Made by a program: the position numbers and the translations under genes
Assembly (NCBI RefSeq): GCF_036321535.1
Contig: NC_087438.1
Coordinates: forward strand, 13,208,001 to 13,272,000
Direction of reading: 5' to 3'
Source: Camelus dromedarius
Taxonomy: Eukaryota
Length of the DNA stretch: 64,000 nucleotides
Notes under the pieces: generated by a model
The model's input: the letters and a program-made list of their open reading frames with translations, nothing else
Database searches by the model: none
Told to the model about the DNA's origin: nothing
Shown: positions 53,848 to 64,000 of the stretch, in pieces
Layout of the letters: every line of letters begins with the position of its first letter
Numbering within the stretch: the stretch's first letter is position 1

Positions 53848-55908
53848 TTATAATAAGCCCATGGGGTGTTTTGAGAATAAAATGTCCTCACCTATAATAA
53901 AGCACTTACCGCTCTGTCTGGCACATAGTAAGTGCTAGAAAAAAGTGCAAACTATGTGTGAGGCATTCTGTGCTGGATTTCTACTTCTTAAAGCAAAATG
54001 TTTCCTAACACTTTTTCATAATTAGTAGGGAAACAGGGAGCCCCCTACATGCTGGAAAATGACTTGCAGGAGCCTGCGTTCAGCCCTGCGCTCATCCTTG
54101 TGCTGATCATTCTGACAACGCTGAGCATTATAATTGGTCCAACTTGTCACATGTGCCCTCTATTGTGTTCAGGGAAGCAGGACCATTGCTAGAGGAAAGG
54201 TGAGAAAGAAGTAGACAGACTCCAACAATAACCATCATTTTCTACTTTTTAACACACACGCACGCACATGCGCATCTTTTCATACACACGATTCCAAACT
54301 TGTCCCTGTCTGATGCTGAGCTGTCACCCTGCGTGCTACTCAGGATGCACTCACAGATGTCACATCCAGCTCCTTCATCCCCACCTCTGTCTACAGTGCC
54401 TACATTATCTGTATTCTTTACATTTAGGCCTAGATTTGTTGCAATATAATCATGAAATTTACGGACTACATGATAAACATAACTAATTTTTATATAGCCA
54501 GTGTTTAATAATGGATGGAAAGCTGAGAGACTCTCACAAGACAACCAAATAGAACAGAATAGAAGTGAAAGCAGCATGTAACAGTCTCCTGTAACACTTC
54601 CATCATCCTACAGGCCAGGCGAAAGGGAACTGAAGCATTTCCTTTACATGGGATGGAATAAATAAATTAATTAGCTAATCTAAGCTGCCCCAGATTCTGC
54701 CACCTGAAAATATCCCCTTTCTTCCTTGTTTTCTGTCCACCAAAGAGGGCCACTGGGGCTGGGGAGAATGGCAAGTGATGGTCTTGGATGCATTTCTCTC
54801 TGGGTTAAGCATTCCCAAAGCAGAGGGATGCTCACATTGAAGGAGAGACAGTAGGTAACCCACATGAGTCCCTTTGAAGACATTTGCCTTTTGCTAAGTA
54901 GACTGATGACATTTGTAGTAGGCAGTTCCTCATCCACGGAATGCTGCCAGCAGGATGTCCTTGATTTAGGACTGCTTATGAGAATCTATGGATTTTGGAA
55001 CATGGATCCAGGAAACTACCACACAAGCCAAGTGATTGCCTGGATATCAAAGAACTTTTTATAACATAAATGGTCCCTGCCTGGTGAGACAATAACCTAC
55101 ACCTTATTACAGATTTCATGCTTGGTTCTGGGCTGAGGAGTGTTTGTCTAACATGAAGAAGAGAGACCTGGGAATCAGGTGCAATGTCCTAGAGCTCCCC
55201 TTCTTGACCTGATCATCTCCATTACTCATAAACCGTAAATTATTATCAAGATTAATCCTGGGTAAGATCTTGGATCCACAGCAGTTCAGTTTAAAAAAAA
55301 CCTGATCCCTATGTTAGTTCAGAGAAAACTGGCCTATTTGACAAGCTTTGTTTGGCCTCACCCCTATGAATGGGTAGGTGAAGAGACTGAGAATTTTTTT
55401 GGCTGCTGAAGAATCCCAAGATATTTCTCTGGAAATCTGAGGACCTTAAAATATTAATTGACTGAACATCAACTCCAGCAACTAACAAACAGTGCCAGAA
55501 AGATGCTAAAGTCAACAACTGCAGATCAAAGCCCACCCTGTATTTGTGGATGTTGTTGTCATTAATAACTGGCCAGGGTGCTGCCATTCCCCCTAGACTC
55601 AGTGCGTTGCAGACAGAAATGATCGGCCTCAGCAGGACTTTGGGTCTGTCTGGCTTTGCCTTCTTTATTTCTAGACAGGCCACATTTTATTTCTATTTTT
55701 TTCTAACTTGCAGCATTTTTGACTCAAAGCAGAAAGAAGGGAGGAATTCTCTTCAATCTCCTATCCTTTTTTTTCTTTTCTTTTCTTTTTTTTTTTTTGT
55801 CTCCAAGTCAGCTAAAGAGACTCAGTTTGTACATGTCCAAGTACCAGGATATCATAGAGGTATTTTAATAGCTGGTTCCTGCCTATTAAAACCCGGATTA
55901 CTACCATG

Positions 55909-56328
55909 TGTGTTTGTGTGCCAAGGCTACAATAATAAAATAACACAGAGTATGGCTTAAATGACAGAAATTTACTGTGTCACAGTTCTGGAGGCTGGAG
56001 GTCTGAAAGCAAGGTGTCAGGAGTGCTTGTTCCTTCTGAGGGCTGTGAGGGAGGACCTGTTCCAGCCCCTTTCCTTGGCTTGCAGTTGCCTCCTTCTCCC
56101 TGTGTCTCTGCACACTGTCTTCCTTTTATGAGTGTCTATGTCCAGATTTTCCCTTCTTATAAGAATACCAGTCATATTGGATTAGAGTCCACCCTAATGA
56201 ACTCACGTTAAGTTAAAAATGTGTTACATCTGCAATGACATTATTTCCAAATAAGCTCACATTCTAAAGTTAGGGGGATTAGGACTTCCAGATATGAATT
56301 TGGGGGAGACACAATTCACCCCATAACA
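55909..56328 (-). mobile_element. MLT1A/B/C-like MaLR solo LTR
   Basis: cacagttctggaggctgg...caaggtgtcag...acacaattcaccccataaca; 5-bp near-TSD ccatg/ccatc. Confidence 0.9.
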
Positions 56329-56449
56329 CCATCTCAGCTTGTGTGAAAGAGACACCGTCTCCCAACCTCTTGATTTAGCCAGTTTCCTTTTTTATGGTCT
56401 GTCTTTAGCAACACTTCCTCTTCCTCCTTGTATTCATCAAATTGCTGAT

Positions 56450-56900
56450 GGACCGAAACCCTGCACATGAATATAAAGAACGCTGGGATTTGTACTGAGT
56501 TTTGCCGTTGACTCATGGAGGGGGTGAAACTGGGTCTGAGGGCCATAAGACACTTGAATATCACTGGGACTTTCTCTTGCTTCTGTATGTTCCTTTCTGC
56601 CTGTTGGCTTGATTCTCCTGCCAGCTGCTCAGGCGAGATAGAATCCATGGCTACAGATAGTTCTAGGCTTATGTCCATGGAGTCTCAGGCTTCCAAGAAG
56701 TAAAAGCAGGCATTTCACTGCCAGTTCCTGCAAGAACAAATGCAAGGAAGGCTTTTTATAGTTCTCACTTTGCCGATATGTTCACCTCTGGACCAGTTGC
56801 TGTGGCTAAAAATGGATGGACTTTATCATGGCTTACCGGCTCACACTTCATGCCCTGGGATTGGGGGTCTGTGACCAGAGGTAAAGTGGTTTGAAAGAAA
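56450..56900 (-). mobile_element. Old MLT1 (J/K/L-like) LTR
   Basis: atggctacagatagttctaggctta...ctggaccagttgctgtggcta. Confidence 0.55.
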
Positions 56901-59900
56901 AACAGACAATAGAGACAGCAGACACACTTCTATTCTGCTAGCACAGTTTCCACTTCAAACATCTCGGAAAATGATGTTTAATCTCTTATTTCAGAACTCA
57001 TTCAATTGAAAAAATGCAATGCTAATGATATTTACAAGTTGCTTCAGTTCCTTTTAGCAATCATTTTGTAATTTATCATGCTCTTTATCTCCTTCTTTTG
57101 TGCAATATTTGCTGTTTTACATTTCAGAATATTGTCCTAGATAACCTACCGTGTTGTGTCTGTGTGTGTCTGTGTGTGTACATGCATGTTTGAGTATGTG
57201 TTTATTTACTTCTAAAAAAAAACTACAAAACTGTGGTTGAATTACTGTTTTCTCCCTCTTATTGCTCAACTGCTTACCAATAGGAAAAAAAAATCATCCT
57301 CTGGGATGTGTGTTGTGAATGGATTTGAGACAATGTCGTCATTTAACATTTATCAGACTTTCGTTAAATACGATGCCTTCAAAAATTGGAGGCAGATGGT
57401 AAACACGCATTCTTCCATGATCTCACTGTTACATTATATGTTCCCATAGTAGTCAGTCTGTTTTAGACCAAATTCTTCAGAATAAATACAATATATTGGA
57501 AAACAAGTAAAAATAATTGGAAAAACATTTATGTCTAGGCTCAGGGAAATCTTACTCCTTCTTAAGGAACTCCAACAAGTGTCTTACATGAAAGGCAATT
57601 CCAGTAGTTTTAGTATCAAGCCAGATAAAAACTGAACTAGATCAGCAAACAGAGGACACAGAAACCCACAGAGCTCTGTATTGGGAATACCAATTCTGAA
57701 GTAGTAGTTACTGATCTTGGCAGACGCTTTTCCTTCTTTCATACAAGGACTTTCTACCACGTTTCATATTTTCAATAATTCTTATTTCTCTAAATTTCTT
57801 CTAACACTCTGCATACTAGTTAGCAAACAGTATGATGGAAATATTGATAATGACATTTGAAGTGCTTAAGAGACCAGGTCCAGAGCATGCCTCGCTGATT
57901 GAGCTACTTCAAAGGCTAACCATCCTCTGCTACGTTGTAGGTTAGAGTCCACTTATGCACGCTTCCATAAAACTGGTTATCCTGAAGGGTCTTTAAAATA
58001 AATTACTCCATAAACAATAGAACACTATGGTAGATGGGTGGATTATGCAAACATGTATTTACAGTTCAAGGTTAAGACATCCTAGGTGAGATTCTGAGGA
58101 ATTAGAAAATTAAATCTGCATACAATATTTTCTCTGGGTTAGTTAGAAGAACAACAGCTCAGCTAGAAACTAGCTTTCTATAACTGCTTGTAATTTTCAT
58201 ACGGCCGTCCTCTTCAAGTACCAATATGGCTACGCTTGTCATCTTTCTGTTTCAACAACCCACTGGGTCAAGAAAGTGAATTATTGGTTTAGTGAGTCCA
58301 GTTGTTGTGTCAGGAAAATCTGCACAGAAAATTCCACAGTCTTATGAAGGTTTTGTTTGAAGTGGTTGCACTTATATTTTTATCTTTTTCTTTAGAAACA
58401 ACATCACGTGTATTTAGAAAGGCTAAGCGTTTCTGAGTTTATTAAGTGTCTTGAGTAATCCCTGAGATGCACATTGTTTTTCTCACTCCTGGAAACCAGA
58501 GGTGTGGGTGATTTCTTCCAGATTCTCCTTCTCTTACTTCACACCCCACGAAGCCGCTTTCATAGGACTAAAAACTCTAACACTGATCTCTGTTCTCTTC
58601 CAGATTCCTAGTACATTCCACAATGTACTAGCTCTTTAATAATCCGTCTCAGTTTAAGACTCTGGGTAGAACTCTCCCCACTTACTGTAACATAGTGAGT
58701 GTTTTTGTTTTTCACGTCTGCATTATTCTGATAACTTCAGTAGCTATCAAGGCAGGAAAATGGGAATTATCCAATTGGCCTCACCACATCATGTTTCTCA
58801 GCAGTCTTCTTAATAATATTTTGATTGTTATTTCTGACCTTTTAATTTCCATTCAGCATACAATATTTTCTCAGCCTCAATTTCTGACCTGTATTGAGAC
58901 TTCTCAGATATACATATTAGCCTGAGACTTCTCAAATACACACATATATAACATATATTTTAGAATTGTTTTATCTGAATTACTATTACTAGATATAAAA
59001 CATTGTTGGCTATTAGCAACAATAGATTATCCATTAGAGAAAGAATATAGTATTTTTCATATAGAAAGTGAATCAGTTGCATATTTTAAGGAGTAATTAG
59101 TTCCATAGACATTGGATTTCATTTACTCAGAGTATAAATGGGTTGATAGTTCAAATGAATTATTGCCAAGTTGATTCAAATACCTCCTTATTCACATTTG
59201 TTCAGCCTTGTTTTGCTCATGTAAGGACATTTCCCCAGATTCCAACTGGTATTCATCAAACATAATTTGCAGTCATTCCAAATGCTGATAATATAATGTA
59301 AAGAATCAGAAACTAGTCTTAAAGGACTTTCCTTGCATAAGTGAATGGAGTGTAATATTAAAGTTAGGACATATGTTTAAATACATCCCATTTTGTGTTT
59401 TAAAAGACAGAACTTAAACTTATGAAAAACGATTACTTCTTTATAATCTTCAAAATGATATTTTATCAATGAATAATAGCTTGGGTCATCCCTGGGGTTA
59501 GTGCTCTGACATTCAGTATAATAAACAGATACAAAGAATTCCTAAATTATCCTTTTTCATCATATATTACAGAAAGTGCTTACACATGGCACACAGTCAC
59601 CTTTTAAAATTTCACAAATCCTTTTGTAAGATTACCATCTTACATATACTTCCATTCATGGTGTAAAACGAAAATTGATGATATATAAATAATTTGGCAA
59701 TTTGGAAAAAAAAATTGCGAATTTAAGCAGAGACTATTTTATATTTTGATGTTCTAAACTGTTGTGGCCAAAAGTCTTGATGGCCTTGTGCATATCTCAG
59801 CATGTCTGTAGTTTAGATATTTAAACATAAAATGCGAGGAATTGTACTTTTACTGTCACTCCGCACGTCCCACGTAATTCCTCATTTCTTAGAATGAACA

Positions 59901-62654
59901 GTGAGTAGTAGGGGACCAGGGTTTGGAACTATTCCCCTGATTCCAGAGATCAGTTTGTTTCAAGAAACATTCTTACTCGACTATATGTGGAAGAAACATG
60001 CAAAGGAAAGACTGTGGGTGTGATTTCCACCATAAATTTCAGCAAATAAATGTCTTCTTGCTTCTGGATTATTAACAAATTTCTGTAAAACCATTGTTTT
60101 TAATACCTGAACAATTAACATATGGTAAAGACTATGAAAGTGAAATTTAAATAGGTATGAATATAAAAAATAAAGTATATTATAGAAGACACTGTGCTAT
60201 AAACCAAAATTAAGCCCATAGCCAAGACATTTAATAACCTATCCTTCCTTCCTCTTCATACAGCACTGAAACACAAAATACTCACATATTACATAAAGAA
60301 ATCAATTTACAAAATATTAAAAAGGAAACAAAATATCATAGAGAATCCACCAAGTGTTTCACACATAGTAACAAAGCAAAATATATTAAACCTCGGACTA
60401 CCAATTTGCATCACTACAAGAAGTCTAACAATGCACTACTTACAAGACGGACATCTCAAATAAGTTGACTCAAAGAAGGAAAAATTAAAAATCAAACATC
60501 ACTCAGGCAAATTCACATCAGGGCACTGCAATATTAATATGATCCAAACTATCATTCAGGATAAAAACATTGGTCAAAATGGAGAGAGAGAACTGTTAAC
60601 AATGAATTTGTAAAAGCAATAAAATTCCAATCAAAATGTGTGAAGACATCTTTGGGAATTTCTCAATCCTTCTCTCTTCTAGCTGCTATTTAATATTGAT
60701 ATATATGTGGGTACTAATACATAGGTACAATTATCTTCCATTCTTCTTTATTCGCTACAGTGTCTGTTAAACAAATTCAGTTTGGGATGTAAATAGATAA
60801 TAATTTTACTCATTTCTTTATAAAGTGTTTTGAAACTCAGTTGAAGCTTTTAGTATCTCAAATCAGGGGAAAATAAAAGGAATAAACATTTGAAGCACCA
60901 GTTTGAAATCCTAGTGAAGTCAGAGAATGTAACAGAAATAGAATTGTTTGCACATCTTAAATGACATGGATCAATTAAATTCTTTTGGTTTTCCCAACAA
61001 GTTTAGGTTATCACATAGACTGATCTGTAGCATATAATTAGTGCAAAAGGAAATTGTAGAAGCAAAAGGAGACAAATGATACATTTGGATCTAGTCCAGT
61101 AGAATGGTGGACGTTTCTATACTGCAGCCTTTGGAAAAGTTAAAATGCACTCTCGTGTATTTTTAGAAGAACTAGGCTGACAGTGTTTATAATGGGAGGT
61201 GAAGGAACTGGATCAGATCGATGTGCTATGATCCAAAGTGCCTCAGCTCAACACTCCCAAGGGGCCAGTTAAAGTTTATAATCCTTCTTATTGTAGCGGT
61301 TATTTGAGAAATAATTGCGGGCATGGGGGGATTTCTTTATTGTTTTTTTGCTGAGCTAAGTAGATTAAATCAAGGCTGCCTCAAGTTTCCTTTTTTTTCC
61401 CCCCCTCTATTTAAGTCAACAAAAATATTCAGAATCTCCAGAATGTCAGTAGAACACTGGAGGCAGAAATACCTAAAAGTGCTATTTTTTATTGTTCACC
61501 TGAACTCATGTTTATATGTAACAATCATTTCAAAGGTCGATGCAAGGGAATATGACCCAGTATATTATGTCCCTTAAAAGGCAATATAAAAGCCTAAGTA
61601 AGATATCATGATTAATACTCCACATCCAATATGTCAAATCTAATGCTTAGAAAATGTAGGTTGCATTTGTTTGACACGTCAGTGTAATTAAGTCAAAATC
61701 GTTATAACACACTTAGACCAAACCTGATTCTAATAGCCAAATTATAAATACGTATTTATTTTCAAAATACATTTTAAACAAATATGTTTTTGATTATATA
61801 TGCTTCTCCTATTTTTTTTTAAACTGTCATATCATCTATTACATTCAGGTAGCAAATCATTTTTCTCTGAATAACAGGTACATCATTTCAAATCTTGTTG
61901 AAAATGCTGTGTTAGGATTATTCAAATATTTTAATACAATAAATAGCTTTGAAGAGTAATGTTTGAGAATGATATACATAAATATGACTCTTATAAAATT
62001 ATAACACTAAAATTTGATGGAGAAAATGGGGCAGTGTAAATGAGTTTTCATTTTTATAAATATCACCTAAACATTTCTGAAACACTCAGGGAATATGGCC
62101 TTTCTAGTCAATTTACAACTTTAGAATCAACAGTGAGTGTTTAAATATTAAGATATACTTAAAAAGATTTTGCAAGTCTGTTAGGTCATCCATGGTTAAC
62201 AAAATTAAAAAAAAATAGAAATCCAAATGTTCAATTTTTATAGTATTTCAGTTTTCAAAACTGGTTCACTGTCCTTACCTTATTTAATTTCCCCAAACTT
62301 AAAAAAATTAATATCAGAACTGAATCTATTCTTTTTTTGGTGGCTTATTTTAATCATCCAGCTTGTCAACGGAGAAGCCATGAGGACAAGAACACAGCTC
62401 AGAATGTGCAATAAATAATATGATTTACTCTTGGACAAATAATATCATATTGAACTTTCCTTTGAGATCTCAAAATATTTTCCCAAGCATACTCAGTTCT
62501 ACAATTCTTTTAGCTCCTATACAGACTAGCCAATTTATCTCTAAATCTCACCTCTGTATCTTTTTCCTGTGGAACTCATTCCTCTTTTATTGGTCATTGA
62601 GCAACCTTGTATGATCATTGTTAACTTACATATCTGCTGATTCTTTGAAACAAG

Positions 62655-62797
62655 AGTATGTCTGTTAAGTCCATCTGATCTAACATGTCATTTAAGGCAA
62701 TCTTTCCTTATTGATTTTCTGTCAGGTTGATCTGTCCATTGACGAAAGTGGATATTAAAGTCCCCTACTATTATTGTATTGCTGCTTATGTCTCCTG
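62655..62797 (-). mobile_element. L1 ORF2 endonuclease fragment
   Basis: ttaaagtcccctactattattgtattg (minus strand NTIIVGDFN). Confidence 0.85.
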
Positions 62798-63039
62798 TTA
62801 GAGAACTCTGAGGGTGTTTCTTATTCAATTTTATATATTAAATGTAGAGCTTAGTGACTAAGGTATTTAATAAGTAAGTTAAATGACTAAAATAAAAGAT
62901 GCAGTGAAATCAAAACATGTTAGAGAATATATCTTTTTCTGAGTAGAGATTTTAGCACCCATAAATTCTGCCCATATTTACATGCCTTATCCATTATTGA
63001 ATTTCTACAGAGTACAGTGGATATGCACATTGAAATTTG

Positions 63040-63714
63040 GTAACTAATGGTTGGTAGCAGGAGTGGCCTTGCTTGTTGTCATTCCTTTATCTGCAAATGT
63101 GGGCTCTTCAGGGATAGAAGATTTGGTCACTAAGGGTCATGCACCATGGTCAGATGACATAGAAAGGTTCACACTGGACTACAAACTAGTGCAGTCAATT
63201 GGGCACGTTGTCCTCATTGTGTCCAAGGAACCAGGCAAGAGGAGGAGCCCGTCTTGGTCGGGGTAACAGACCCTGATCAGTTGGAGGAGGTATGGCTTCT
63301 GTTATTCATTGAGGGCTGGAAGGAAATGTCTGGGGCCCAGATCAGCCCCTCGGGAGCTTCTTGCTACTCCGTTCACCAATTAGGGCTGTGAATGGACAAG
63401 TGCGGCAAAAGGAGCCCAGGAAAGGTATGTTCGTCAGTAGCTCTGCTCCTTCAGGAAGGAGAGTTTGGATCTTACCACCAAGTAAGCCAGTCGACCCAAC
63501 AGAGGTGCTGGCTGTGGCCGACAGACTTAGACGGGATACTGGGTGATGAGTACCAGTGTGAAACCAAGAACAGCTGCAGCAATGGGAGCTGAATTTGTCC
63601 TATTCATCTCCCTCTTCTATATTTTCATCAAAAGAAAAAGCCCACTAGAACTCTGGAGGAAGTGTTCCTTCAGCACGTTTGTAGAAGCTCGTCTACGTGG
63701 CAATAGGGTGAGAC
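63040..63714 (+). mobile_element. ERV-L (ERV3-16A3-like) 3' internal region with decayed dUTPase
   Basis: GSSGIEDLVTKG...LDYKL...GH and gaccctgatca (DPD) match the ERV-L dUTPase; VNG and RVW..PP..P..P.EVLA motifs; PPT-like agggtgagac. Confidence 0.8.
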
Positions 63715-64000
63715 TGTGGTAACCGTGGAGACGCACCGCTCGGGTCTTCGTCAAAGCGGTTCAGTTAACTGACAGCCTCCAGCCTCAGTGTCTTCAGGAT
63801 CTTCCTGAGCTTTGAAAAGAGGTCACACTCTTTTCAGAAACCCTGAGCCATTAAGTGATAATGGGAAGTACACCACAGACAGGCTATTTCTGTCCGATGC
63901 TCTGGACTCATCTGACATTTTCCCTCCAGACCTCCCCACTGGAATGACTGTGTTGGACGTGGGTTGCAGTCCAATATCCTGTCTGCCTAATCTTTCTTAC
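63715..64000 (+). mobile_element. LTR16A-like 3' LTR (runs off the window)
   Basis: tgtggtaaccgtggagacgcaccgctc...ttaactgacagcctccagc...ttcaggatc. Confidence 0.8.

Larger units (their letters stand above)
52925..53950 (+). mobile_element. MIR split in two (about 52925-52991 and 53848-53950)
   Basis: ctgctacttactag on the left; aaagcactta...tctggcacatagtaagtgct on the right. Confidence 0.65.

Overview
AT-rich, repeat-dense mammalian genomic DNA, intergenic or deep intronic. It is most likely from a camelid (camel, alpaca or llama), inferred from two tRNA-derived Vic-1-like SINEs and young L1 3' ends. I recognise no intact protein-coding gene, RNA gene or prokaryotic system, and the listed ORFs are short and mostly explained by repeats. 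The window is a layered record of mobile elements: young and old L1s, L2, L3/CR1, MIR, hAT and Tigger DNA transposons, several ERV1-type solo LTRs, MaLR LTRs, and three decayed ERV-L provirus remnants (gag/RT plus LTR16, gag plus MLT2, dUTPase plus LTR16A). The most notable observations are nested insertions with target-site duplications (TSDs), a probable deletion at an L1 junction, template-switch inversions, a possible very old RPL15 retrocopy fragment, and one stop-free 174-nt candidate exon. Repeat subfamily names come from recalled consensus similarity and boundaries are approximate unless a TSD is quoted. I found no evidence of a new biological system.
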